Numbered from the stretch's first letter, positions 22,862-33,603 are shown. The stretch is 64,000 nt of DNA from Cyanophyceae cyanobacterium (GCA_038321985.1 JBBQFN010000003.1:96001-160000); one strand, 5' to 3'. Notes: generated from the letters alone by a model not told the origin. Numbers and translations are program-made.

Positions 22862-23116
22862 AGACAGTTACTCCACGCCCGGCGATCGCTTCTCCGGTCG
22901 ATCTATAGGGGAAATGTTCCAAAACTCAGAAACAGGTTCAAGGGTAGAAGTGGGAGGGTTCCTGCCAAGAGGGTTAGGGGTCACGTACCTAAAATCATTG
23001 ACCCTTAACCCTCCCCCTCACCCGAACCTGAATCCATCGGTTTAGTAAACTTCTGGCATAATTGGGAAGAGATTCCCTAACCCCCGGATTAACGGAGGCT
23101 GATTTAGGCTAGAAGT

Positions 23117-23350
23117 CTAGTCTTCTTCGACTAACTCATTATCATCATCATCATCGTCATAATTGTTATCTTCGACAGACATGAGGGCTGCAATTTCTTC
23201 TTCATCAATTGCATACTCACTCTCTCGTTCCTCGCGGGCAATCAAGCGACCATTGGATTCTAGCCAATCAAGGATAGAGGTTTCTTGCTGCAAAGGAATC
23301 ACATCAGCAATTTTATAACGAGATTCCTCGCGCAGAGATGGGTTGTACAT
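23117..23350 (-). CDS. DUF3134-like small acidic cyanobacterial protein
   Basis: MYNPSLREE....A.VIPLQQE.SILDWLESNGRLI.R with acidic tail; lies upstream of mraY. Confidence 0.75.
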   Translation of the reverse strand: MYNPSLREESRYKIADVIPLQQETSILDWLESNGRLIAREERESEYAIDEEEIAALMSVEDNNYDDDDDDNELVEED

Positions 23351-23668
23351 CTAAAACTCCTGAAATTAAAGCCGCTCAAAGTGAATGAAATAGGGCGAAC
23401 GGTGCCAGTTAGGGTTTCGCCTGGAGTCACCCCTTCCATCGCCGAAGTTTCAAGGCTTCCGCTATGTTGAGGCGGGTTTAAACCCTCGTCAACACGCTTT
23501 AGGAAAGAGGGGCGATCGGCTGACCTGCAACAGTACCCCTTGACAATTTTACCGGAAATAGAGTCATTCACCCGGTTTTCGACCCAGAAAGAATTAACAT
23601 CGGCAGCATCAGCAACAGGATGGCATTCATAATGGTAGAGCGTGCCGAGTTGAATAGAGGAAGTTGGA

Positions 23669-24253
23669 ATGATTGGAAAAACTGCATTGTTAGAGGCGAT
23701 CGCCGGTAAAAATCGCGGGTTACTCGCCACCGCTTCCCAAAAACAAGCCATTTTAGCGGAGGTTTCCCGACTGGAGGACCGCAACCCCACCCCCCGTCCC
23801 GTGGAAGCAGCCGATCTCCTGGCGGGAAACTGGCGACTGCTTTACACCACCAGCGACGAACTACTACGTCTCGATCGCCTCCCCTTGGCAACTTTAGGCC
23901 AAATCTATCAAGTTGTGCGGCCAAATGAAGGGAAAATTTATAATATTGCTGAAATTTTTGGATTGCCCTACTTAGATGTTTTAGTCAGCGTCGCGGCTCG
24001 ATTTGAAGTTGTTTCGGAGCGCCGAGTTGTGGTAAAATTTGAGCGGGCGATCGCCGGTTTGCAGCGTCTTATTGGTTATCAGTCACCTAACTCCTTCATT
24101 GAGCAAATCCAAACCGGCCAAAAATTTCTAGCCCTTGATTTCCCAATTCCTACCGGAGAACAGCAAGGGTGGTTAGATATTACTTATCTCGATAACGACT
24201 TGAGAATCGGACGAGGCAATAAAGACAGCGTTTTTGTATTAACTAAATCATGA
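23669..24253 (+). CDS. PAP/fibrillin family protein
   Basis: LE..NPTP.P, L.G.WRLLYTTS, WLDITYLD.DLRIGRGN. Confidence 0.92.
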   Translation: MIGKTALLEAIAGKNRGLLATASQKQAILAEVSRLEDRNPTPRPVEAADLLAGNWRLLYTTSDELLRLDRLPLATLGQIYQVVRPNEGKIYNIAEIFGLPYLDVLVSVAARFEVVSERRVVVKFERAIAGLQRLIGYQSPNSFIEQIQTGQKFLALDFPIPTGEQQGWLDITYLDNDLRIGRGNKDSVFVLTKS

Positions 24254-25101
24254 TGAATGCCCACTTAACCCTTGAAAATTTTCCCGTCATTGACCAAAAG
24301 CGCCTCTCTCAAGGACAGCTAAATATACTGCAAACTTGCCCGCGCAAGTTCCAATATACTTATCTCGAACATCTCGCTTCCCCGGTAAGTCCTGATCAAC
24401 GAGAAAAAATGGCCTGGGGTAGTCGTTTCCACTTGTTAATGCAGCAACGAGAACTCGGGTTACCCGTGGAAGTTTTGCTGCAAGCCGACGAACAGATGCA
24501 ACGCTGCTATACTGGGTTACTTCAGGCTGCACCGCACTTATTTGCTCCGGAGTCTCCTGAAAATCGGGGATTTCGCGCCGCTGAACATCGCCGGATTATG
24601 AGTTTCCAAGGCTATTTATTCACGGTTATTTATGATTTAATCTTAGCAAATGAATCCAGTGTTCAAATCCTGGATTGGAAAACTTATCCCCTTCCGAAAA
24701 AAGACCGCACCATAGAAGATAACTGGCAAACGCGCTTGTATCCATTTGTGTTAGCGGAAACCAGCGATTATGCACCGGAAGATATCACCATGACTTATTG
24801 GTTTGTCCAATCTGCCGAAAAGGGCGATCGCCCTTTGAGTTGCCAATCGTTGAGCTTTCCTTATAATCGCGCCAAACATCAAGAAACTGCTCAACATCTC
24901 ACGCACCTGTTAACTGATCTAAACACCTGGATTAAAGACTATGAGAGGAGAAAGCCCTTCCCCCAAGTTGCGGTGAACGAGGGGGTCTGTTTCTCTTGCC
25001 CCTTTGTCACTCGGTGCCAGCGTGGACCGGATGCGGGGGTCGGGGTCACTGAAGGCGATCGCTTAACTGCTTTTTCTGACATTGAAGAAATAGAATTATA
25101 A
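24250..25101 (+). CDS. PD-(D/E)XK nuclease family protein (AddB/Cas4-like, Fe-S cysteines)
   Basis: CPRKF, YDL..ILDWKT, Q..LY, C-terminal CxxCPF..C. Confidence 0.82.
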   Translation: MMNAHLTLENFPVIDQKRLSQGQLNILQTCPRKFQYTYLEHLASPVSPDQREKMAWGSRFHLLMQQRELGLPVEVLLQADEQMQRCYTGLLQAAPHLFAPESPENRGFRAAEHRRIMSFQGYLFTVIYDLILANESSVQILDWKTYPLPKKDRTIEDNWQTRLYPFVLAETSDYAPEDITMTYWFVQSAEKGDRPLSCQSLSFPYNRAKHQETAQHLTHLLTDLNTWIKDYERRKPFPQVAVNEGVCFSCPFVTRCQRGPDAGVGVTEGDRLTAFSDIEEIEL

Positions 25102-25164
25102 CTCAAACTAATTCCCCCTTACCAAAACTATCACTTTGATGTTCTTTTTTGCCAGGGTGCAAGC

Positions 25165-27852
25165 CTACTGAAATTTCTTTCCAAAAACCTTCCAATATTT
25201 AATACCAATAGCCATACCCATCATCCCAAACAAAAATACAGCCATCCAGGTAGCCGCTAAAATTACAAATTGCACCAGAGGCGGAATAAATCCGCGTAAT
25301 CGAGACCAGGTTCCGAAAATATTGCCTTGCATCAACGCCGAAATTCCATACAGTAATTGAATTTCCACCTCCTCCGGCACAAATTGGAACGCCGGTTCAA
25401 GTGCTATTTCCCCTTGACGAGGATGCCAACCATACAGATTAACGAACCCTAAATAAGCATAAGCATAGGGATTTGGGGAGTCAAGTTGCACCACCCGTTC
25501 AAAAGCAGAAATCGCTCCCTCTACATCCTGCTGTAAAACCTGTGAAAAAGCTAAATTATAGGCAAATTCTACATTTTCTGGTTCTTGTTGTAACCGATAT
25601 TCCAGGGATTTCTCGGCTTGAATGAGATAATCTTGAATGGGATCATACTGATTAAACCGTCCAATATCATCAAAAATAAACTCTAACGCTTTTGGTCCTT
25701 GGCGTAATGTCCCAGCAAGCGATCGCAACTGAGTCACCCAATCCACTTCCGGTGCAGGAGTAGGAGTTGCTGCGGGATTGATGGCGATCGCCACCGGAGG
25801 CACCACAATTTCCTGGGTCTCTCCGGTTTTTCGATTCAAATAAGTTGCCGCCAAAGTATAAGTTCCCGGCGTCACATCCACCGGAGGCAACATCGCCGTT
25901 CGTTCTATCACTTTCGCCTGTAAGGGTGCAGTCGCCGTTTGCAACTCACCCCTCCCAATCCCGTGATCGTGAAACCAGCGACTTAGCACAGGAGTAGATG
26001 TGGCTGGACTCTGCAACTGCCACGTCAACAACACCACCCCATCCCGTAACCGTTCCCAATCTCCGGTCCATTCATAACTAACCGGAACCGGAACCCCCGG
26101 AGGCGATTGTGCCGGAACCGTCACCCGTTCAAGGGTTATACTTCCCCGAGTTGGAGACTCCTCAACGGCCTCAACCGTCAGCTTCGGCAGTCGCTGATGA
26201 TACAAATTGAGCATACTTTCATCCGGTAACGGCCAACTCGCCTGTAAGTCAAAATCACCGCTATTCTCAACCAATTTCACGATCGCCCCTTGCGCTTCCG
26301 TCGGGACCGAACCCTGATCACCCGTTTTTGTCAAAAACCAATCCAGCGATCGCACATCTTGTAAAACGTGCGATCGGCGTGTACCCACTTGCCGACCGTA
26401 AACTTGAAACTGTTGCAAATTTCCATAATAATTAAAATTATGCTGATTAATCATCGGCGTAGAAGGTAACACCCCCAAGGTTGATCGCAAATACGGACTC
26501 GTTTTCATAATTTCTGCGATCGCCTCCTGATGCGGCCAATCCGGTCCCCGATAGGCATGATTCGACCCCATAATCCCTGAGTTCCAGGCATAAATCGGCC
26601 ACACATCCGCCAGAATCAAGACGATCGCCGCACTACAAGTTCCCCATCGCACCCATTTTTCCCAATTTCGGGGAAACAGCATCAATCCATAAGCTAAAAC
26701 CAGAGATACCACCGGAAGATAAGGTAAAACATACCGAAAATCTTTGTTAAGAATTAGAGAAAACAAAATATAAGACCCGAACCAAAAAATTGCCAACCAT
26801 TTAAACGGAGAATTAAAATAGGTTCTCCAACCCGGATTTTGCAATTCTGCCGTCCACAGAGTCGAAGTGCGATCGCGCCAATAACGCCACCCATAAAATA
26901 CAAATCCAGCGACTGGAACTACCAGCAACGGCCAGGATAAATGATGAGGGAGTTGTTCGAGATAAAACGTCCAAGCTGGGAGTGTAGTAATTGCCGGGTC
27001 ACCTTCTGCCACTGCCGCCTGAATCGCCGCCCGTTGACTGCCTGTGAAAACCAGCAACCAATTCGTGCGATACCAGGGATACATCACAGCCACCGACAGC
27101 AATCCCGCCACCATTAACTCAACTAATCTTCCCCAACGGCGATCGCGCACCGTCCCCACGATTACCCAGACAATAGGCGTTACTAGAAAGAATAAAGCCG
27201 TCTGTTTGACCATAAGGGCTAATCCGACCGATAATCCCCAGATGAGCGCCCAAAACCAGGATTGAAGAGTGGGAGAACCCCGAAGAAAAGACCCCGGGGT
27301 TTTTTCTGAAGTTTCTAAATTTTTTAAACCTAAATCAGCTATTTTAAACCGTTCCGTTCCCTTCCACAGCGTGAGAGAATAGAAAGAAAAAGTGACCATA
27401 GCAGTCAGGGGAAAATCTAGCAAAAAATCTAGCCGCGTATGATATAAACCCGGAAACATCAGACATAAAGCAGCCGCCCAAACTCCTACTTTGGGGTTAA
27501 ACAGCAATCGGCCTAAACCATAAACCGAAGAGAGTAAAATTGCGCTAAAAAATAGGTAAACTAAAGTAGCGTGATCGGATTCGATCCCAAAGAAATTATG
27601 AAAAACTGCCGTAATCATGTAAGTTCCGGGTGGAATTTTAGAAGAGAGTAACCAAAAACTCCGCCACCAATCACCGGAAAACCACTGCGGGGTTTGTAAA
27701 GCGTGCCAGGAGTTTAAAGCGCCGGTTAAATAATCCGCCTGATCCCAAGATGGAATCGAGCGATCGAGCCCAAACCAGAGGCGATCGCAGAATGCCCCCA
27801 GCAACCATAAACCAGCGATAGTGACCCAACCGTAATTTTTTTGATACTTCAC
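25165..27852 (-). CDS. GT39/ArnT-like membrane glycosyltransferase with C-terminal TPR region
   Basis: WDQADYL, multiple TM helices, NKDFRY, TPR-like helices near the C terminus. Confidence 0.8.
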   Translation of the reverse strand: MKYQKNYGWVTIAGLWLLGAFCDRLWFGLDRSIPSWDQADYLTGALNSWHALQTPQWFSGDWWRSFWLLSSKIPPGTYMITAVFHNFFGIESDHATLVYLFFSAILLSSVYGLGRLLFNPKVGVWAAALCLMFPGLYHTRLDFLLDFPLTAMVTFSFYSLTLWKGTERFKIADLGLKNLETSEKTPGSFLRGSPTLQSWFWALIWGLSVGLALMVKQTALFFLVTPIVWVIVGTVRDRRWGRLVELMVAGLLSVAVMYPWYRTNWLLVFTGSQRAAIQAAVAEGDPAITTLPAWTFYLEQLPHHLSWPLLVVPVAGFVFYGWRYWRDRTSTLWTAELQNPGWRTYFNSPFKWLAIFWFGSYILFSLILNKDFRYVLPYLPVVSLVLAYGLMLFPRNWEKWVRWGTCSAAIVLILADVWPIYAWNSGIMGSNHAYRGPDWPHQEAIAEIMKTSPYLRSTLGVLPSTPMINQHNFNYYGNLQQFQVYGRQVGTRRSHVLQDVRSLDWFLTKTGDQGSVPTEAQGAIVKLVENSGDFDLQASWPLPDESMLNLYHQRLPKLTVEAVEESPTRGSITLERVTVPAQSPPGVPVPVSYEWTGDWERLRDGVVLLTWQLQSPATSTPVLSRWFHDHGIGRGELQTATAPLQAKVIERTAMLPPVDVTPGTYTLAATYLNRKTGETQEIVVPPVAIAINPAATPTPAPEVDWVTQLRSLAGTLRQGPKALEFIFDDIGRFNQYDPIQDYLIQAEKSLEYRLQQEPENVEFAYNLAFSQVLQQDVEGAISAFERVVQLDSPNPYAYAYLGFVNLYGWHPRQGEIALEPAFQFVPEEVEIQLLYGISALMQGNIFGTWSRLRGFIPPLVQFVILAATWMAVFLFGMMGMAIGIKYWKVFGKKFQ

Positions 27853-28090
27853 CCGCGAAATCCTCCTGAGTTTCCTGGATAATTAGAAATCGGCATCCGG
27901 AACGCTGTAGAACACAGTGGTACTCCAATTCCCTCCCACTCAGCAGCAATCCTCCCCGGATTCTATGTTAGATTGCCCTTTATATCATGGCGATCAAAGA
28001 TGGTAGACAACAAAAATCAATTTTACCTTTCCCCGATTTCTGTTCACTCTGCCAGAATTTTTATGGAGTCGCTTGACTTATCCTTTCTTC

Positions 28091-28540
28091 ATGGCTAAAT
28101 CTTTTATGGTCAACTTTCGTCTAGTCTCAATCCTGCCTGCCACCCTCATGGCGATCGCCATGAGTGCCGTTAGCGTTGGCGCTCAAAATATGTACAACCC
28201 GATTCAGTTGCCCTCCAATAATGAAATCACCGATACCCTATCAGAACAAGATATTCCTACCGGACAGGGTGGATTTGCTCGGGATTATATTGCCACCTTA
28301 CAACCGGGGGATCAAGTGGCAATCGACCTGCTTTCCGATAGCTTTGACACCATCATCACCCTGATTGGACCCAATGGCATGACAATGGCGGAGAATGACG
28401 ACGGTCCGGATGGGACCACCAACTCCCTACTCTTTGCCCGCATCAGTGAAGGGGGAACCTATATCGTCCGGGTGCGAGCCTTTGGAGAAGGGGGACTTGG
28501 CTCCTTTAACCTTAAAGTAACTCGTCTTCGCCCTATTTAA
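28091..28540 (+). CDS. Secreted PPC (pre-peptidase C-terminal) domain protein
   Basis: Signal peptide; SDSFDT.I.L.GPNG...AENDDG, GTYIVRV. Confidence 0.8.
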   Translation: MAKSFMVNFRLVSILPATLMAIAMSAVSVGAQNMYNPIQLPSNNEITDTLSEQDIPTGQGGFARDYIATLQPGDQVAIDLLSDSFDTIITLIGPNGMTMAENDDGPDGTTNSLLFARISEGGTYIVRVRAFGEGGLGSFNLKVTRLRPI

Positions 28541-28657
28541 TTTTATCAGAGGCGTAATGACAATCGTAACGACATTCATTACGCCTCAAAAAAAAATTAA
28601 AAAAACGCTTGCCAACTTCTGGAATGTTTGCTATGTTAGTTAAACATGAAAAAACAA

Positions 28658-28730
<73 letters not shown>

Positions 28731-28839
28731 TCCAGTCTACATAAGGCTTTCAGCCGTTTAAACCCCTCCGAGTGTTAGTATCACTCGGAGGGTCTTAAAT
28801 TTGGCCGCAATCCTTGCAGGGCAAGGTATTGGGGCTTGA

Positions 28840-28878
28840 CTACAAAGTAACGACAACATATCTACAAAATGGCTACAC
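28840..28878. repeat. Four C(T/G)ACA direct repeats at 11-bp period; putative integrase arm-type sites
   Basis: CTACAA 28840, CGACAA 28851, CTACAA 28862, CTACAC 28873, between tRNA-Phe and the integrase stop codon. Confidence 0.5.
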
Positions 28879-28880
28879 AC

Positions 28881-29968
28881 TCAGAGTTCCGGGATATCTC
28901 CCGGAATAAATCCTGCATAATATTTCATTAAGGTACTGACGCTAATTCCTAGCCACTGAGCGACTTTTGCCGGGCTTTCTCCCTTAGATAAACAAAGGGT
29001 TGCAAAGGTGTGACGAGTGCTGTATTGAGGCCGATAAGGTATTCTCAAATTTTGTAGGACAGGTCCCCAATGACGGCGAAGGAAGTTGTTTGGCAGGATT
29101 AATCCGCCTGATTTACTGTGAAAAATCTCTAAACTATCTACTTCTAGTAGATGTAGGGAGTCAATCAACTCCCTAAGTTGAGTATTTATAGGAAGACGTC
29201 GAACCTCGCCCGTTTTTGTGGTGCTTAATCGAATGCCCTCGACTACTGGCGAACAAAATTTTATAAAATCCCGTTCTATATCACACCACCGCAAGCCAAC
29301 CGCTTCAGAAGTTCGGCATCCTGTAAAGAAAAGGAACTCAACAAATCCCCTGTAATGTTGATGATATGGATCTCTTTCAAATTCTGCAATAATTAAATCC
29401 CTCTCTCTTTCTGAAAAGGGGTCTACTTTGGGACGCTTTTTCTGAGCCTTGATACGGTTCCCTTTAAAGGGGTTTTCTTCCAGATCGCCGCGCTCTACCG
29501 CCCAGTTACAGGCCGCATTAATTTGTTGCAAGGCTCTTCTGGCTACATCACGGCTAAATTTTTTTAGCAGGTGTTGAGTGATGCGTTTTGCGGAAGACTC
29601 AGATAATTCAGTGCAGGGAAATTCAGTGATTTTCTTGGTTACTGAATCCAGATTTTTCATACTTGAGGGATTAAGCTCCTGACTTTTGAACTCTCTATAT
29701 CGACAAAAAAGTTCCCCCAACCCCTCTGGGGTAGAGGGATTATTATCTTCCGGTTCAGGGGTTGGGGGGATTAAAAATTTAGGGCTTCAATCCGAGATTG
29801 AAAAATTTCACGATTTTTCCTCTCCGCTAAACTTTCTGCAATGGCTCGGTTTTCCTCTGTGTCAGCCAGGTTTAAGTAGATATATCGTTTTTCAAAATTC
29901 CGAGGGAGCCTTAGACGCAACCATCCCCCGTTGCTCTCAACCCCTACAGTGCCTTTCCGGTTTCTCAT
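28881..29968 (-). mobile_element. Tyrosine integrase with N-terminal Arm DNA-binding domain, encoded in two frames (29771-29968 and the -1 frame down to 28881)
   Basis: ORF1 GTVGVESNGGWLRLRLP...LNL.DT..NR..AE is Arm-domain-like. ORF2 has TGCRTSE, TKTG, YSTRHTFAT and a C-terminal Tyr. Joined length is ~362 aa; adjacent to the tRNA 3' end. Confidence 0.85.
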
Positions 29969-30118
29969 GGCAACGTCGCGGGAATCTCCCCCACTAGCAT
30001 TGGATATTTTTGGGATTTAAGCCATTCAAGATTGGCGATCGCCTCTGGGGATTTAGTCTTTTTGGCGATCGCTGCCGTCTCCAGTAGTGCAAATTTTCCC
30101 AGCCGAATTTCTAGTAAA

Positions 30119-30786
30119 CAGGACTGACGCATAAACCCCATATATAGTGTGGAGGTGGTTCATGAGGTTCAAACCTCTAAACGGTGATTTTACTGCCCGC
30201 TAGAATCTAATATAATTTGGACCCTAACTGACTAAAAATACTCTATCGAGTTCTGACACTAACCTAAACTCGAGTCATAGCAACCGAAGGATTGTTAAGT
30301 TCTCCTATTAAATAATTCCTGAGATAAGTTGACATTATATTCGCGACGAGAAATTTGGATTTTTTTAAAATAGTTCTTGTCTAAAACGCTATCATCCAAA
30401 ATGACCGCAGCTTTTCAGATGTTTTGATTAAGGTTTTCACGTTTTCCCCAAGAATGCGAGGATTTAATTTTTCTCTCCTTAAGTAGCTATTTATAGTGTC
30501 ATGGCTGCATTTTTTTAATGGTCAGCTAGATTGGTCAGGGTATAATTAACATGACTGTTCAATAAATATTGGCAATAGTCTAGTTTTGTAAATCCCATAC
30601 AATTCCCCCTGCTTTCTGATGCCTCCCCTATAAAAGAACTACTCTGAAAAATCTATTGATTCTTTGGCTGATAACATTAAAATTTATAATATCAATAGGT
30701 CAGAAAGTTCATCAGGGCTTATAGCTTTCTCTAATGGATATTTCTAACCCAGGTACGCTATATCTAGTGTTCGTGCGTAAATCCTG
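30119..30786 (-). mobile_element. Degenerate IS element carrying an IS701-family transposase 5' fragment (~30330-30598)
   Basis: Minus strand reads MGFTKLDYCQYLLNSHVNYTLTNLADH / SHDTINSYLRREKLNPR / ILDDSVLDKNY..IQISRREY with frameshifts. Imperfect terminal inverted repeats CAGGACTGACGCA (30119) and TGCGTAAATCCTG (30774-30786). Confidence 0.7.
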
Positions 30787-30840
30787 TCTAGGTTAGTTCC
30801 TTGAGGATGTCGAATAGGCTAAGGTGTGGGGCTTCCATGT

Positions 30841-31197
30841 TTAAGTGGATTGCTGTTGGTGCAAATGGTGCCAGAACTGACCTAACAGGAAAATGGACAT
30901 CCCATCGGGGTCACGGACTCCCAAGGATTTCAGGTATTGAGTCAGTGGATTCACCTGCCACAATTCCCAGTTATTCCGAATCCACATCGCCAGTCCTAAA
31001 CGTTGCGAGGCCAGAAACTCCGATTCGTTCATGGCCCGAGCTTCTTCGATAAAGTCTGGGTGCAGCATCTTTTGCAGTTCGGCTACAGCTTCCTCAATGC
31101 TGGCCGGAATGAATAGGCCCGTCGGGGGCGAATAGGTGGGGTTAATCTGTTCTTTGGGGTCTAGGGGTTCCGGGGTTATTTCAATTGGTATGTTCAT
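30841..31197 (-). CDS. DUF6794-like protein
   Basis: IP.SIEEAV.EL.KML...GLAMWIRNNWELW...L..Y...LG..DPD.MS motif; ATG at 31197. Confidence 0.65.
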   Translation of the reverse strand: MNIPIEITPEPLDPKEQINPTYSPPTGLFIPASIEEAVAELQKMLHPDFIEEARAMNESEFLASQRLGLAMWIRNNWELWQVNPLTQYLKSLGVRDPDGMSIFLLGQFWHHLHQQQST

Positions 31198-32039
31198 GCT
31201 CAGGGGTGCCTCACTCTGTTCCTTCCAGTTTCCCCCCAATCACCTGGAACTCGTGCCAATCTTCTTCTGTTTTCAAGGGTTGCTGTGCCACTCCCACCAA
31301 GGGGGCCAACAGCACTGCATTCTTGGACGATTCTCCCGCCGCTCTCATCAGCCGTTCTAGGTTGGGGTCCTAGTCCGCAGCGACGACAGTTGCGTAGCTG
31401 GTGTCGAGGGGTTCCGGTTCAGTCATGATGGATGCGATCGCTTTCCTGGAGAGCTAACACTTATCCTAAATGATGGGTGCACTTGCTCACCTAAACCAAC
31501 AATCCCCCCAGACTTAGTCTAGCGGGATTGCCTGTTATCTTGATTTTTAAAAAGACCTATTCGGTCTGTGTTAACCTTGGGTTTGTCTTTCTTATGCTTC
31601 TAATGTATCCGAGTCCTCCGGTCTGATAATCTGCCTACAGACGTAACTTCGCGGCATCATCTCTAATCCCAGCAGCAGATTGACGTCGGCTGTTAGCCCT
31701 GACAGTTTGAGGGAGGCGATCGCATTGCTCTCAACCCGCATGATCTGAGCTGCCCGACTGCCACTCAAATTTGCCGTCCCCTTCCTTGGATGGTGACATA
31801 ACCATCACAGAATCGAACATAAACCGTTTTTTTGTTCAGGGCTTGTTCTACCTGCCCAATTTCGCCGGTTTAGGGCCAGCCTTCTATGCCGATAGACAGT
31901 GGCGATTGAGTAGCCGCACCCAGGGAGTGGGTCCAGTTTGGCTTAATCTGGGGGTAATGTAGGCAAAGGGAGCCACCTGAAATGCCGCACAGCGCAGCTA
32001 TATTTATCCCAGTATTCCCTCTCCTGCTGTACTCACATT

Positions 32040-33503
32040 CTAAAACTGGGAACGATAGTGAGAGAGTTCTCGCCTTGCCTCCTCTGCCATGTGACGACGG
32101 AGAGGCATAGGTAAAATCACTTCCCCATTAGGTCGCCAAGAGCGTAAGCGCATTCGCACATTAATATCCCCCTCCCGAATCCAAGCTCGATAATAAGCAT
32201 CAGCCTGACTTCGGTTGGCTAACACTTCTAATGCCGCAGTGCGATCGCCCTCATCCTGTACCTGCCGTTTCACTAACTCCCCTACAGCGTCATACTCCAC
32301 CGGCTCAAACGTCCCATGACGCACCGTCCCCTCCACATAGCGACGGGCAAAATCCCGGGGAAAGCGCAATAACAGCAACTTACGTGGCAAATAAAAATTA
32401 AAACCCCAAGCAGACTCTAACTCCGCCTCCACTTCTTCCGACATCGGTAAATCCCCCTGCCGTCGCATCTCCCGCAACTCCTTGGGAATCTGGGGGTCAC
32501 CCCAAGCTAACACTGTAAGTTGGGGGGAAGTGATCCGGTCTAAGCGATAATTGTGCCAACCCATCTCCCCCTCGGGTGTTTCTCCCCAAGCACTGAGATA
32601 CTTAGCGCGGCGCACATAATGTAAGCAAACCGGATAAGTCGTGAATCGCACAATTCCACCTTGGGCCAACTCATAGTCAAACTGTACCACTCCCGAAGAG
32701 GAAGTGCGCCACAGTTGTTCCAGTTGGTCCTGATAGGTATCTACCTGTTCTTGCACCTCGGGAGAGAGGATGTAATCCAGGTGGATGAAAATCCGCCGTT
32801 GTCCTGGGTTGTCGAAATATTCTGCTGGGTCTCCATCGGAGGTGACTTGTTCCCATAAGGATTGGATCAGCACTTCTAAATTGGGCTGAATGAAGGCAAT
32901 ATCTTCCAGTAACGGCAACAATTCCCGGACTTGGGAGACGGGTAACAAAGCTGCATCAGGTTGCGGGGCGATCGCCCGTTGTAAACCAGGTAGACTCGGC
33001 AACCCTTCCACCGAGATACAGCGATATTTCCCTCGGGATACAGACTCCAACCAGCCGAGTTCCGCCAGTTGCTTCAAATCATCGCGAATCGAACGGTGCA
33101 CCGTGGTAAACGGCGCTTGTTGCATCATGACCTCTAGTTCCTCCGGTGCCAACCCACTCAAGTGGATGACATCCGGCATCCAAGACTCCGGGGACTGTTC
33201 GGCAGTTAACAGCAATTCGGTGACACTTCGGTGGCAAATACAACCGCCATCGGTGCATTGGTATTCCAACTGTTCCGCCGTCAATAGGTCACTTTTGCCA
33301 TGAGTCGGAGCAAACAGGCGATCGCGCAGGTGGGGATAACCAAAGGGCTGAGGCAACTCCATCGCCCAAGGGGACCTCTCCCCATACAGCTTGGTCAATA
33401 GGACCCACAACCGCAGCGATCGCAACAACCGATTCCCAAGCTGGCCCCCCGCGAACCACTGCAAAATATCCGGACTGGGGGGATAAGTAAAACGACTGCT
33501 CAT
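32040..33503 (-). CDS. CRISPR-associated WYL-domain protein (TIGR03985-like regulator)
   Basis: HTH-like RSIRDDLKQLAELGWL; WYL region YPVCLHYVRRAKYLSAWG..NYRLDRI; WCX-like RLRSWRPNGEV..P..LR; divergent from the cas operon. Confidence 0.85.
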   Translation of the reverse strand: MSSRFTYPPSPDILQWFAGGQLGNRLLRSLRLWVLLTKLYGERSPWAMELPQPFGYPHLRDRLFAPTHGKSDLLTAEQLEYQCTDGGCICHRSVTELLLTAEQSPESWMPDVIHLSGLAPEELEVMMQQAPFTTVHRSIRDDLKQLAELGWLESVSRGKYRCISVEGLPSLPGLQRAIAPQPDAALLPVSQVRELLPLLEDIAFIQPNLEVLIQSLWEQVTSDGDPAEYFDNPGQRRIFIHLDYILSPEVQEQVDTYQDQLEQLWRTSSSGVVQFDYELAQGGIVRFTTYPVCLHYVRRAKYLSAWGETPEGEMGWHNYRLDRITSPQLTVLAWGDPQIPKELREMRRQGDLPMSEEVEAELESAWGFNFYLPRKLLLLRFPRDFARRYVEGTVRHGTFEPVEYDAVGELVKRQVQDEGDRTAALEVLANRSQADAYYRAWIREGDINVRMRLRSWRPNGEVILPMPLRRHMAEEARRELSHYRSQF

Positions 33504-33516
33504 TTATAGAAGACCC
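33425..33516. repeat. Direct repeat copy 1 (5' end of the WYL gene)
   Basis: 89/92 nt identical to 34732-34823. Confidence 0.95.
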
Positions 33517-33603
33517 ATTACCCATACGGAGGCTACACTACCACAGCATTATTCAATATTTACGGGGGATGGGCGGGAGACGTCGTGGCAGCATAGGTAG
33601 AAA

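Noticed and set aside
23299..23924. 163-aa and 118-aa minus-strand ORFs
   Set aside because: Overlap the fibrillin gene in antisense; no recognisable motifs
24250..25101. Cas4-like nuclease as part of the CRISPR system
   Set aside because: Embedded in a housekeeping operon with fibrillin, upstream of the tRNA and far from cas1/cas2
31500..32030. Possible degraded gene between the DUF6794 and WYL genes
   Set aside because: Coding-like fragments, but no frame or family could be supported
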